A stretch of DNA of 34,579 nucleotides from contig NC_057719.1 of NCBI RefSeq assembly GCF_004010195.1, positions 90,160,075 to 90,194,653 of the forward strand. The letters run 5' to 3'. The position numbers were made by a program, and so were the translations under genes. Below are positions 1 through 11,134 of the stretch, one piece after another. This stretch comes from Chiloscyllium plagiosum (Eukaryota). The notes below the pieces were generated by a model. That model searched no databases, was not told the DNA's origin, and saw nothing but the letters and a program-made list of their open reading frames with translations. How positions within the stretch are numbered: the stretch's first letter is position 1; the number at the start of each line of letters is the position of its first letter.

Positions 1-497
1 AAATTCCTCTCCATCTAAACCTTTAACACTATGGCAGTCCCAGTCGATGTTTGGAAAGTTAAAATCCCCTATCATAACCACTCTATTTTTATTACAGATA
101 GCTGAGATCTCCTTCTAAGTTTGTTTCTCAATTTCCCTCTGACTATTAGAGGGTCTATAATACAATCGCAATAAGGTGATCATCCCTTTCTTATTTCTCA
201 GTTCCACCCAAATAACTTCCCTGGATGTATTTCTGGGAATATCCTCCCTCAGCACAGCTGTAATGCTATCCCTTATCAAAAATGCCACTTCCCCTCCTCT
301 CTTACCTCCCTTTCTATCCTTCCTGTAGCATTTGTTTCCTGGAACATTAAGCTGCCAGTCCTGCCCATCCCTGAGCCATGTTTCTGTAATCTCTATGATA
401 TCCCAGTCCCATGTTCCTAACCATGCCCTGAGTTCATCTGCCTTCCCTGTTAGGCCCCTTCCATTGAAATAAATGCAGTTTAATTTATTAGTCCTAC
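1..497 (-). mobile_element. CR1 LINE ORF2 fragment (APE endonuclease), 5'-truncated, runs off window start
   Basis: ORF 115..516(-): CIYFN.RGL..KADEL, DIIEITETWL, YRKDR..GKRGGEVAFLI, IWVELRNKKG, YYRP, all CR1 endonuclease motifs. Confidence 0.9.
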
Positions 498-519
498 CTA
501 ATAAATTAAACTGCATTTA

Positions 520-672
520 CATTACTGAACCTGATGGGTTTGTTCAGCATTTGCCAGCCTTTGTTTTTATTGTTTTCCAATTTCACTATCTGTGATTTGA
601 ATCCAGATTCCCCACAACCTGGTGCTAGGGGTTACTAGCTGAGTGATACTCTCACATTGGTACAGCCTCCCC
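520..672 (-). mobile_element. Degenerate tRNA-derived SINE, same family as 11793-12180
   Basis: Weak similarity (acattactgaacctgatgggttt; gatttgaatccaga; ttactag) to the reverse complement of 11793-11990. Confidence 0.4.
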
Positions 673-1227
673 TGGCAAATAGGTTCGTAGAGTCCACGAC
701 TTCTTGGTTTCTAATAACGGAGTGATGCTGGACTGGGAACATGTACAACCAGAAAGTTTCCCGGATTGTTGCTTGGACACAGAGAATGGCTGGCCTGGTT
801 TTAACCTCAAATCTGCATTCCTGCATATCTCTGATAGTCTTTCATCTGCTTGGTGACCAAAAACATATCTACTGCTGCCTTTAAAAATATCTGAAAATGT
901 TCTGACCACTGCCTTTTGAGGAAGGGAATTACAATGACTCATACTCACCTCTGTCTTAAATCCCTAGTTCTAGAGTCTCCCACAAGAGGAAAGAGCCTTT
1001 GCATGTCCACCCTGTCAAGTCCTCTCAGGATCTTAGACATTTCATTTGGATCACCTCTGACTCTTCTAAACTCCACTGGATACAGGACCAGTCTTACCTC
1101 ATTAGGCAATCCACTCATTCCAGATATTAGTCTAGTAAACCTTCTCTGACCTGCTTCCAATGCAGTAACATCCTTCCGTAAACTCCAGACCTGGTCTCAC
1201 TAATGCCCTGTATAACTGAAATATAAC

Positions 1228-1321
1228 ATTCCTGAAGAAGGGCTCATGCTCGAAACGTCGATTCTCCTGCTCCTTGGATGCTGCCTGACCTGCTGCGCTT
1301 TTCCAGCAACACATTTTCAGC
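1228..1321 (+). mobile_element. Penelope-like (PLE) terminal fragment, family A, with hammerhead core
   Basis: CTGAAGA(1232-1238)-AGGGC tcat GCTC-GAAACGTC(1252-1259), then gatgctgcctgacctgctgcgcttttccagc. tataac is duplicated at 1222-1227 and 1322-1327. Confidence 0.8.
1232..1263 (+). ncRNA. Minimal type-I hammerhead ribozyme motif, intact core
   Basis: CUGANGA, helix II GGGC/GCUC, GAAA, palindromic ACGU helix III, GUC cleavage triplet. Helix I is very short or truncated. Confidence 0.65.
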
Positions 1322-1372
1322 TATAACCTCCCTAGTCTTGCTTTCACTTCTCACAATGAAACATGACATTTT

Positions 1373-1687
1373 GAATTAGAATTAGAATCCCTACAGTGTG
1401 GAAACAGGCCTTCAGTCCAACAAGTCCACACTGACCCTCCGAAGAGTAACCCACCCAGACCCATTACCCTACGCTATGTTCACCTAACCTACACATCCCT
1501 GAACACTATGGGCAATTTAGCATGGCCAATTCACCCAATCTGCACATCTTTGGACTGTGGGAGGAAACCCACGCAGACACTGAGAGAATGTGCAAACTCC
1601 ACACAAACATTCGCCTGAGACTGGAATCGAACCTGGTCCCTGGCATTGTGAGGCAGCAGTGCTAACCACTGAGTCACCGTGCCGCCC
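1373..1687 (-). mobile_element. HE1-type V-SINE, full length
   Basis: Reverse complement gggcggcacggtgactcagtggttagcactgctgcctcac with A/B boxes, V-domain tgtgtggagtttgcacattctc, CR1-like tail cctgtttccacactgtagggattcta(attcta)n. Confidence 0.9.
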
Positions 1688-3164
1688 CTTTCTATGAGCT
1701 TTCCTGATTATTTGCTGTATCTCCGTACCAGCCTTCTGTGATTCATACTCTAGGATACACAGATCTCTGCATCTCAGAGCTCTGCAACCTCTCACTGGTT
1801 AGAGAATATGATTCTTTTTTATTCCTTCTGCCAAAATTTCACATTTAATTACATTATAATTCTCTATTTGCCAGATCCCTACCCATTTACTTTAGCAATC
1901 TGTATATTTTTGCTGGCTTCTGTTCTCTTCGCAACTTAGTTTCCTACCTACCTTTGAGTCATCAGGAAATGTAAGCTCCCATATCTTCAATCCCTTCATA
2001 TAGATAATTTCCATAAATTGTAAAGCATTGAGATCCCAGCACCCAGCCCTATGCTAGACCACCCATGACATCCTGCCAACCTGAAAAAAATTCACTTATT
2101 CCTTCTCCCTGCTTCCTCTAGCCAGCCAATCCCCTATCATACCAGTACGTTACCTCCGGACCACGAGTTTTTAATTTTCTACAATAACCTTTGATATGGC
2201 ACCTTATCAAATGCCTTTTGGACATCTAAGGACAGTACTTCACTTGTTTCTGCTTTACCCACGTCTCTTCAAATGACCAAAAAATGAGTTAAACGTGGTT
2301 TCCCTTTAACAAAAGCTATGTTGGCTCTGCCTGAATACCTTGAACGTACCCAAGTATCCTCTTACAACACTTTTAATCATAGCTTCTTACATTTTTCCTA
2401 TCACAGATGTGAAGCTCATCGGCCTCCCTCTGTTTTTGAATAAATGAGTAACGTCAGCAATTTTCCGTTCGAAAGGAACACTGTCCCAACTCTAATGAGT
2501 TTTAGAAAATTAAAGCCAACACATCAACTATATCACTGGCAACTACTTTGTAAGATCCTAGAATGAGGATCCAGGAACTTGTCAACTTGTGGTACTAGCT
2601 TCATGAGATCCTCCATCCCTCTATATTCCTGATTTAAAGCTATTTCTAGGATGTCACTTGCATCCTCTCTGGTGAGGACCAACCCAAATATCTGTTAAAT
2701 TTGTCTGCCAGTTGTTCATCCTCCATGACTAATTCCTATAGGACCAACATTTACTTTCTTTCTTAAATATCGTAAGGAATTTTTCCCATTTATTTTTACG
2801 TAACTGGTTAACGTTATGTTGCACAGGCGTGGTCTTTTAGTAAAGCTTCCTCCTGCCTTTTACCAGCAGACTGTGCTGTGAAGCCCCCAAAATCTACTTT
2901 TAAATGGCCAACAATATACTTTAGTTTGGGTTAAATCAGGAGTCTGATTAATTCATAAGTTCAGAGTAGAGGATGATTGTTGCGGGTTAGAATTACAAAT
3001 GATTTCACCTGCATTCCATGTTTGGATAGACAGCACAGCGAAACATGAATGATCACACCCTCATGCCACTGGTGCTCTAGAATTACCTGTGCACTTGTTT
3101 TCCCTGCTTCATAATCACCCCTGCCTCCTTTCTCTCCTATTGTTGTGCAATCGTCCCAGCATGC

Positions 3165-3357
3165 TCGCTCTCTTTCTCTCTCCCCCTGCTCTGTAATTGT
3201 CCCTGCGCACTCTCCCTCTCTTTCTCTCTCCCCTGCTCTGTAATTGTCCCTGCGCACTCTCCCTCTCTTTCTCTCTCCCCCTGCTCTGTAATTGTCCCTG
3301 CGCACTCTCCCTCTCTTTCTCTCTCCCCCTGCTCTGTAATTGTCCCTGCGCACTCTC
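3165..3357. repeat. Minisatellite, about 4 x 47-48 bp pyrimidine-rich unit
   Basis: gtaattgtccctgcgcac starts at 3193, 3240, 3288 and 3336. Confidence 0.95.
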
Positions 3358-3739
3358 ATCCCATCTGTGCACCATGCTGTGTATCTTTAATTTCCCAGTT
3401 CTGACTGAGCTGCTGCTTTCTGTAGCTCCCTCCCTTGTTTGAATGATCACTTCCTGCTTAGTGGGAGTTTATTCTGAGTACTGGACATGTTGACCTTTGC
3501 CTCCCGTAGCTCGATTGCTTTCACTGTGTTACTGCGAGTAGTTTTTCCATGACTCTGCAGGAGCTGGTGTTACAGTGTTGTTGTATCACAGCACTAATAA
3601 GTGCAATATGTGCTAATATGGCAGCTAATAAGTGCAAAGCAAGGTTCCACAAGCTGTAGGCACTACCTCTCTGTACTGTCGTTTCCAGGATAAATATGCT
3701 CCAAATGAGTGACTCTTGTCAAAGACAAAAAAAAGCCTT

Positions 3740-5575
3740 TAAACAATGCTGAGGGGAGCACTTCAGAGGCCTGCTCAACCACGGCTCTGTCATTGATCTG
3801 AGCATTCTTGACTGAATCCCACATGTGCCATGGGTTCAGCAATGTGTCAGCCCTACACAAAGTACAGAAGGCCATCTGCAAGCTCAAGAACAGCAAGGCT
3901 GCTGGGGTAGATGGTATCCCCGCAGAGGCATCGATGTGCAGGGGCAAAGTACTCCTGCTGCACCTACACTTCTTGCCTTACCTGGAAGGAGGAGAGCATC
4001 CTGGGACAACTCTGGGATGTCACAGTAGTGAGAATGTTCAAAAAAGCAAATAAGTCTAACTGGGGTAACTACAGGGGAATCTCCCTGCTGTTAGCTGTTG
4101 GAAAAGTCATCGCTAAGGTCCTCATCAACTGTCTCCTCCCTGTGACTGAGGAACTCCTCCCAGAAACACAGTGTAGCATCCGGTCATGGAGGGGCACAAT
4201 GGAAATGATTTTCATTGTGGGACAGCTGCAGAGAAAAGAACCTCCCCCTGTACATGGCCTTCTTCAACCGTACAAACGCCTTTGACACTGTCGAACGGGA
4301 AGCGTCATTGGCGTGTCGTCCTCCGCTTTAGCTGCTCCATCATGACATGGAAGTCGTAGTGATGACAAATGGCTCCACCCCCTGACCCATTCTCCACTTC
4401 AGACTGGTGTCAATCAGGGCTGTATCACCGTCCTGACACTGCAGCGAGGTAAATCGAGAACAAAATCAAGTGGGCAGCACAGTGGTTAGCACTGCTGTCT
4501 CACAGCGCCTGAGACCCGGGTTCAATTCCCGCCTCAGGCGACTGACTGTATCACCGTCCCAACACTGCAGTGAGGTAAATCAAGAACAATGCTTCACCTC
4601 ACTGTCAACAAACTCCGCACTGGAGCTAACCTACAGAATCAGTGGGAAATTACTCAACCCTTGCCACCTTCAAGCCAAAGCCAAAGTCACCCTAACCAGT
4701 GCCATTGAGCTGTAATACATGGATGACGTTTGCGTATGTGCACAATCAGAGGACAAACTCCAGACTATTTACAGAGGCATAGGAGGGGGCATGGATCTCA
4801 CCCAGAACATCCGCAAGATGAAGGTCCTCCACCCACCTGGCTTAGCATTGCAAACCATCCCCCTTTTCCCCACCGTTTCCCCCCCCCCCCCCCCAGAGCT
4901 GAGATCCAGCACTGCCTGCAGTGTGCTAGCGCCGCTTTTAGGCGCCTCAGAAAAAGGGGTGCTTTACGACAACAACATCAGATCCGACACACAGACAGAG
5001 CTGTGGTGGTTCCCACCCTACAACAAGGCTCTGAGAAGTGGACAGTCTACAGCAGACACCTCAAGGCACTGGAGCAGAAACCACCAGTGCGCCTGCACAA
5101 GGCCCTGCAAATCCGTTGGGAAGAAAGACGCACCAACACCAGCATCCTCAACATTCCCAGCATCGAGGCAGTTACCACCCTTGATCAGTTGTGCATACCC
5201 GATATGAGACTCCCAAGCAGGTGCTCTGCTCCCAGGTGAACAGAGGAAATGCTTCAGGGATACCCTCAAGGCCTCACCAGCAAACTGCGGCATTCCCACC
5301 ATCACCCGGGCCAATCACTGACCCAAGACCATCCAAAGTGGAGAAGGAGCATCCAGGGCATCAAGCACCTGGAGGCTTGCCGTCGTGAGAAAACGGAAGC
5401 CAGGCAAAATCATAGCGTACTGCCACACCAGTACCCCACTTATCATGACCACTTCTTGCCCCAAGTGTGCCAGATTTGACAGAAGCTGCATCATACTGCA
5501 CAGTCACCTATGGACTTATTCTGAGCATGGAAGAGAGTCATCCTTGTGTGCAGGGGACCACCAATGATGATGATG
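3740..5575 (+). mobile_element. RTE-clade LINE, 5'-truncated and frameshifted
   Basis: KAICKLKNSKAAGVDGIPAE; GNYRGISLLLAVGKVIAKVL..LLPETQC..R..RGT.EMIF; Y(M)DD at ~4716; PKQVL; C-terminal CPKC.R.C; ends in an (atg)n tail at ~5564-5575. Confidence 0.88.
4471..4549 (+). mobile_element. HE1 SINE tRNA-like head only, inserted in the RTE
   Basis: agtggttagcactgctgtctcacagcgcctgagacccgggttcaattcccgcctcaggcgactg, flanked by a 44-bp duplication (4420-4463 / 4546-4589). Confidence 0.8.
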
Positions 5576-6987
5576 TTCCAGGATTCTGGAGCGATCTATT
5601 CTTCGAGTAGTGTCCAAGGGTGTTTTATGTCATCCTAAGAAGCCAACCTAAGAGGTTCCCGGTTGAATTTGGACAGAGCGTACCTGAGCAGCACTCCTAC
5701 ACTGAAAGGCAGACTTGAACTCCTAACCTCCAGAACCAGTGTGCGATCGCCAAAGGCAGTCAGTCTTTCACAAGGAACCTAATTTGTCTGAATTTGGATC
5801 ATTTTTAGCCTCTCACCCAGCTAGCCTTTACTCTCCCCATCTTCAAATCGCACTTCCTAATCTTTCAGATCCAGAAGAATATGTTTCATGGGATTTGGGA
5901 GGGGGATGTAGTTGGAGTGCCCCTTGTGATCAATGACATTGCTTTGAAGGGTACTTCCTGGTGTACTGTATGAAAGGCAGCAGTCAGTTGGTTTAACTAT
6001 CCAGGGAACAGGTCCTCTGCCACTATCACCCTCCCACCACCCTTTTTACACTGAGCTCACAGATGAACTTTGATTCCGGCACGGATGAACTCTGACCAGG
6101 ACTCCCCGTTTAAACAACATATGGATCCTGGCACTGGGGAAGTGCCGTTCCGCCTTCACTTGTATTTGTAAATGTTTGCAGATAAGGCAGAAACTCTGCT
6201 AAAGAAAAGAAGCTGTGTGTCGGAGGCTGGGGGTGAGGGGGAGAGCTTGCGATCGGAAGTTTGAAAAACGTGTTTGGGATGCCCTAGGGCTGTTCTGATT
6301 AGAATCGGAATCCGGATCAGAAAGTGAATGTCCTGGTGTCAGCCTGAAGCACTGATCTGTTTGGGAAACAAGTTAATTAGCCCGCAGTTCACTGCATCAC
6401 ATAGCTGTATAAAACCCACTGTTAACTCCAGCCTTAATATTCAAAAGAGAACAAAGAGAAGTCCTGCATAGGAACAGGCCCTTCAAGTCTGTGCCAATCA
6501 TCATGCCGTAACTAAACTGAAAGAACAACCCTTAGTCGATCTGTTTCCCTCTATTCCCTCCCTCTTCATGTAGCCATCCAGATGCCTTTTAAATGTTGCC
6601 AATGTACCTCTTCTGGCCGTGCATTCCAGGCTCCTACCACACACTCTGCATGAAAAACGTCCCTCACACAAGTCCCTTAAACTTTCCTCCTCTCACCTTG
6701 AACCTGTGCCCCCTTGTAATTAAAACTTCAACTCTGGTAAAGAGCCTCTTTCCTATCTATGCCTCCCATCATTTTGTAGACCTCTACCAGGTCTCCTCTC
6801 AGCCGCTGTTTTTCTAGTGAGAAACAAAATCCTTGTCTTTTTAATCTTTCCTCAAAGCCAGTGCCCTCGAGATCACGCGGCATTCTGGTGAACCTTCTCT
6901 CCACTCTCTCCAAAGCTTCCATGTCCTTTGAGTGTGTGCAGTTTTGGTCTCTCCACACTAATGCTCCAAATGTGGCCTAACAAGGGT

Positions 6988-7959
6988 TTTTTTATTTTTA
7001 ATATGAAAGGTGCTGAATTGGTTTATTTTAGCATGGAACGTTGAAAAGTTTGAAATCAAATTTTGAAAACATCAGCCATTATAATATGTAAATCTGGGAG
7101 CTAGTTTTCTCGAGCACACTTGTAAACAAATGAGATATTAATTGCAAAGATCTTTACAATAAGATAGGCAATCAACCAGCCCGAATGAATAACCATTTAG
7201 AAATTTAAAAATCTACTGTTTACTCTTATAAGACATGGCAGCCCTACTTGAGTTATTTGGAAACAGATTTGTTAGTTAGGGCATTTGTTTAACCAGGATG
7301 GTTAGATTTGTCAAGCCCTGGGCCCTGGACCCTGGAGGGGATCTCCTGAGTTAATACGGATATATATACACTGCTTCCGTTCCTCTGTTTGGGAGCTTTG
7401 CGCCGAGCATAGCTATTCTGTATTCTGTGTTTTTTTTTGTTTTTTTTTTGCTTTTCTTTTTTTTTTTTGGTGTTGCTTTGCACAGTGTTAGGGTTTGTTT
7501 TGTATTAGAGGGTAGGTTAATAGTTAGGAGACAGTAGTTGAATTGTTTTTGTTTGTTTTCTTTTTACTATACTGATATTTGTTATTGATTGTATTTTTCA
7601 ATAATTTTATATGTTTGTAAAGTTAAAAAACGTTTGCTAATAAATATATTTACAAAAAGAAAAAAAATCTCCTGGTTACAGTGAAACAGCACATTGCCCT
7701 GAGAGGAAAAAGACACGAGGAATGGCATTTTCAGTGTTTGAAAACAGATCTATATTCAGTCAACGGTACATTTAAATGTTAGAATCCCAACAGTAAAGTC
7801 AGCTTCATTCAATTTTGGTGGCTTCTGGGTGAATGTGCACAGAATAACAGAAGTTGCAGTTTCCAGTAATTCAGACTCTTCGTTTAAGTTTTCTGGTTGA
7901 GCAATGCCTTATAGTAATCAGCATTTCTAAGCAAGTAGCATACTGAGCTATACAGGTAC
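6988..7959 (-). pseudogene. Probable retrocopied mRNA 3' UTR fragment (poly(A), AATAAA, 9-bp TSD), containing a nested L1
   Basis: aacaagggt at 6979-6987 and 7960-7968; T-run 6987-6999; tttatt (AATAAA on -) at 7022-7027; AT-rich body with no TE motifs that I recognise. Confidence 0.6.
7224..7667 (+). mobile_element. L1/Tx1-type LINE 3' end (ORF2 C-terminus, T-rich 3' UTR, poly(A))
   Basis: YKTWQPYLSYL C-terminal motif, aataaa at ~7639 then an A-tail. TSD aaaaatct(a/c)ctg(t/g)ttac at 7207-7223 / 7663-7679, at a TTT/AAAA site. Confidence 0.75.
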
Positions 7960-7982
7960 AACAAGGGTCTGATACAGCTGCA

Positions 7983-8134
7983 GTCAAAACGTGTGGTGCT
8001 GGAATCCCGATGAAGAGCTTCTGCTCGAAATGTCAACTCTCCTGCTCCTCAGTTGCTGCCTGACCGGCTGTGCTTTTCCAGCTCCATACTTTTCAACTCT
8101 GATCTCTAGCATCTGCAGTCCTCACTTTCTCCCA
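7983..8134 (+). mobile_element. PLE terminal fragment, family A variant, degenerate hammerhead, short inverted 5' arm
   Basis: ccgatgaAGAGCttctGCTCgaaatgtc, ending gatctctagcatctgcagtcctcactttctcc. The 5' gtcaaaacgtgtggtgctggaa is inverted relative to an internal ttccagctccatacttttcaac. Possible TSD 7967-7982 / 8135-8150 (13/16). Confidence 0.75.
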
Positions 8135-8789
8135 GTTTTATATAGCTGCAACATGGTTTGCCGACTCTTGTACTCTATGCCTTGGCCGATGAAGGCAAGC
8201 ATACCGCATGCTTTCTTAATCAACTTGGCCACAGGAAACTGTGTACCTGCACGCCCAGACCTGACTGTATGTTAATGCTCCTAAGGGTTCTGCCATTTAC
8301 AATCTAATTCACAACTAAATTTGATCCTCCAAAATGCATCACTTCCCATTTCTGTGCCCAAGTTACCAATTTATCTATATTCTGTTGTATCCTTTCACAA
8401 TCATTGGCACTATCAGCAACTCCACCAATCTTCATGTTGTTTGCAAACCTACTACTCAGACCACCCACATTTTCCTCCAGAGGACCAAACACTGATCCCT
8501 GCGAACCCTCACTAGTTACTGGTCTCCATTCCGAAAAACACCCACCACTACCCTCTGTCTTCTATGACCCAGCCAGTTTTGTATCCATCTAGCCAGCCCA
8601 CCCCGAATCCCTTTTGATTTTAGTCTTTGTACCAATCTGACATGTGGGTCTTTATCAAATGTCTTACTAAGTCCATATAAACTACGTCCATAGCCCTTCC
8701 CTCATCAATTATATTTGTCACCTCTTCAAAAAATTCAGTTAGTTTGGTGAGACATGACCTTTTCTGTACAAATGGCTGACAAACCCACA

Positions 8790-8945
8790 TGACCACAACT
8801 TTTCACACAGAGGATGGTTCATATGTGGAATGAATTGCCACAGGAAGTTGTAGATGCGGGTATGATTACAATGTTTAAAAGGCATTTGGATAGGTACATG
8901 GATAGGAAACATTTAGAGGGATAGGGATTAGTTTAGATTGTAGGC
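8790..8945 (+). mobile_element. CR1 3'-end fragment
   Basis: ttttcacacagaggatggttcatatgtggaatgaattgcca..tttaaaaggcatttggataggtacatg (FTQR.V..WNELP..FKRHLDRYM). Confidence 0.8.
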
Positions 8946-9049
8946 TTTGTCTCACTAGATTTGATCTTAATATTATGGACAGTAGGTAGTTGTTAAGTTA
9001 CTGGTTTTAATGAATGGAAGAATGCGACTTTTGATTCCGTTGTGGTATT

Positions 9050-9178
9050 TGTGTCGATGCTGGAAATCTGAATCAAAGACCAGAGAGTGCTGGAGAAACT
9101 CAGCAGGTCTGGCCTCATCTGTGGAGAAAGAAAGCAGAGTGAATGTTTCACGTCCAGTATATGGTCATTCAGAGCTGG
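9050..9178 (-). mobile_element. PLE terminal fragment, family C, degenerate
   Basis: Reverse complement cagctctgaatga..gtgaaacattcactctg..ccagacctgctgagtttctccagca..tcagatttccagcatc; shares the gacctgctg..ttccagca block with family A. Confidence 0.6.
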
Positions 9179-9539
9179 ATTTAATGGGGGAAGACTCTGT
9201 CCTGGAAAGTGAGATTTGGGAACAAGGGGGCCAATGGTCTTCCAGGATCGAGCTGGGTGTTTATGCCTAACACCTTCACGTGAAGAGAAATGGGGATGGT
9301 GCACCCCCTCTCCCTCAGGAGGCTGTTGCAAATCAGGGTCAGCAGAAAGTTTTGCAGCAGAGTTTACGAATGAAGAAATGGCTTGACTTTGTCATATGTT
9401 TCACAGCCAGGTTGGTGAGACTGATCAGCTTCTCTGGTGTTCTGAGGAACCTTTCCCGCTCTCGTTTTGAAACAGCACCGTGGTATCCTTTTTATAAACA
9501 GAGCTTCAGTTTATATGTTGCCTTCTGAGGAGTGCAGTC

Positions 9540-9672
9540 CTGGCAGAGCAGTGCTCCCCTGGTACTGCAGTGCACTCTCAGCCTCTATTACCGTGTTTGC
9601 ATCCAGGAGAGGGACTTGAACCCAGAACCTTGTGACTCAGGTTTGGTGCTCTCCAGCTGAGCCAGAGCTGAT
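9540..9672 (-). mobile_element. DeuSINE/SacSINE1-like head, degenerate
   Basis: Reverse complement tcagctctggctcagctggagagcacc..ctgagtcacaaggttctgggttcaagtccc..gcagtaccaggggagcactgctctg; A/B boxes plus Deu-domain start. Confidence 0.6.
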
Positions 9673-9984
9673 CTGACTAAGGTAGGGGATATGGGGAGAA
9701 GGAGCTCAACACTGCCACATAAATGACAGAGCAGGTTTGGAGGTGTAGAATGGTGCTGTCCTGTTTCTCTTTCCCCAGCTTAAGGGGCTGAATGGCCTCC
9801 TGCAGTAGGCTTGAGGGACTGACTATCATTGTCTTGTTTCTTTATGACAGCTCAGGGAGTTCAATGGATTCATGCTGTTCCTCTTCCTCCCCCCCTCCCT
9901 CTCCCATTCTCCAATGACAGGCTCAATGTCCATTGAATATTGGCATCTGTCCCTGAGCTGTTGTCCAGAGAAAGTTTAGTTTGT

Positions 9985-11092
9985 GGAAATGACAGCCCCA
10001 GATGCTCCTGTTCCCTCTGTCCCCGCTGCAGATGTCAGATCGGTCTTCCTGGGAGCCAACCGAAGGAAAGCAACGAGCCAGGATGGAATCCCTGGCTGTG
10101 TACTGAGATCCCATGCGGACCAGCTGACGGAGGTATTCACTCACATCTTCAACCTCTCCCATCTGCAAGCCACAAGTCCCCACCTGCTTCAAGAAGACAA
10201 CCATCATCCCAGTACTTAAGAAAGCACATGCAACATGCCTTAATGCCTATCACCCAGTAGCTCTGACCTCTATAATTATGAAGTGCTTTGAGAGGCTGGT
10301 CCTGATCCACATTAACTCTGGTCTCCCAGCCTGCCTCAATTGCCTACAACCTGCCTATCAATGTAACAGGTCCACAACAGATGCCATTTCCCTAGCCCTG
10401 CACACATCCCTAGAACATCTGGACAACAAGGATACCTACGAAAAATGAGGGCTGCAGATGCTGGAGATCAGAGCTTAAAAATGTGCTGCTGGAAAAGCAC
10501 AGCAGGTCAGGCAGCATCAAAGGAGCAGGAGAATCGACGTTTCGGGCATAAGCCCTTCTTCGTGAAGGGCTTACACATGCACCATAGTAGGCATACTGTC
10601 TAGGTGCATAACAGTATGGTACATCAGCTTCTCTGCCCAGGACCATAAGAAAATACAGAAGGTTGTGTGCACAGCCCAGACCATCATGAAAGCCAACCTC
10701 CCATCCATGGACTCCATTTACACATATCTCATTGCCATGGAAAGGCTGCCAACATCATCAAAGACCCATCCCACCGCGGTAATGCTCTCCTACAACTTCT
10801 TCTGTCAGGCAGAAGATACAGAAGCTTGAACACATGCACCAGCAGGTTCAGGAACAGCGTATTCCCAGCTGTTATTAGACTGATGAATGGAATCGCTAAC
10901 TTCAAATGATGCTGATTATGTTCATGTTGATCTTGCCTAGCACATGTCCTGCGCAGTGTAACCTACATGCCTTATTCTGTCCAATTGTTTTTTTCACCCT
11001 ATGATCTGTATGTACTTACTCTGATCTTCCTGTACTGCTCGCAAACAAAGCTATTCACTGTACATAGGTACACATGACAATAAACCAAATCA
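9985..11092 (+). mobile_element. Rex1/Babar-clade LINE lacking its RT core, interrupted by a PLE fragment
   Basis: [57 protein letters not shown]; then C-terminal KAANIIKDPSH..LSGRRYRS..T.RFRNS.FPAVIRLMN; caataaa tail. Confidence 0.88.
10441..10573 (-). mobile_element. PLE terminal fragment, family A, with short fold-back
   Basis: Reverse complement of the 1228 family (gacgtttcgggcataagcccttcttc), then inverted gaagggctta; hairpin 10549-10573. Confidence 0.82.
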
Positions 11093-11134
11093 GTCCAGTT
11101 CTGGTCACCCTCATTTAGGAAAGATATTATCCAA

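Larger units (their letters stand above)
900..2760 (-). mobile_element. Decayed CR1 LINE (RT and C-terminus) interrupted by a Penelope-like fragment and an HE1 SINE
   Basis: QRRFTRLISGM..RRVRGD..KILRGLDRVD..LFPLVG.SRTR (945..1160-). Also accttatcaaatgccttttggacatctaag, the reverse of LD.QKAFDKV, at ~2200. Confidence 0.8.
6445..8770 (-). mobile_element. CR1 LINE 3' part split by nested insertions (6988-7959 and 7983-8134)
   Basis: ALERVERRFTRM..FSLEKQRLRGDLVEVYKMMGGIDR (6728..6958-). The element resumes at gttttatatagctgcaac (8135) with SRFANNMKIGG and RT motifs to ~8760. Confidence 0.85.

Noticed and set aside
3165..3357. Possible CRISPR-like array
   Set aside because: The units are contiguous with no unique spacers, and the context is vertebrate.
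2961..3450. Repetitive ORFs (RVRRDNYRAGGE.., ESAQGQLQSRG.., LLCNCPCAL..)
   Set aside because: They are translations of the 48-bp minisatellite with no splice or domain support.
6180..6420. CpG-containing stretch with tataaaa as a PAPLN promoter
   Set aside because: Not a CpG island, and no first-exon donor was identified before the adjacent CR1.
9370..9420. MKKWLDFVICFTARL|gtgaga as the PAPLN signal-peptide exon
   Set aside because: Phase is compatible, but the hydrophobic core is poor (contains D and R) and the splice sites are weak.
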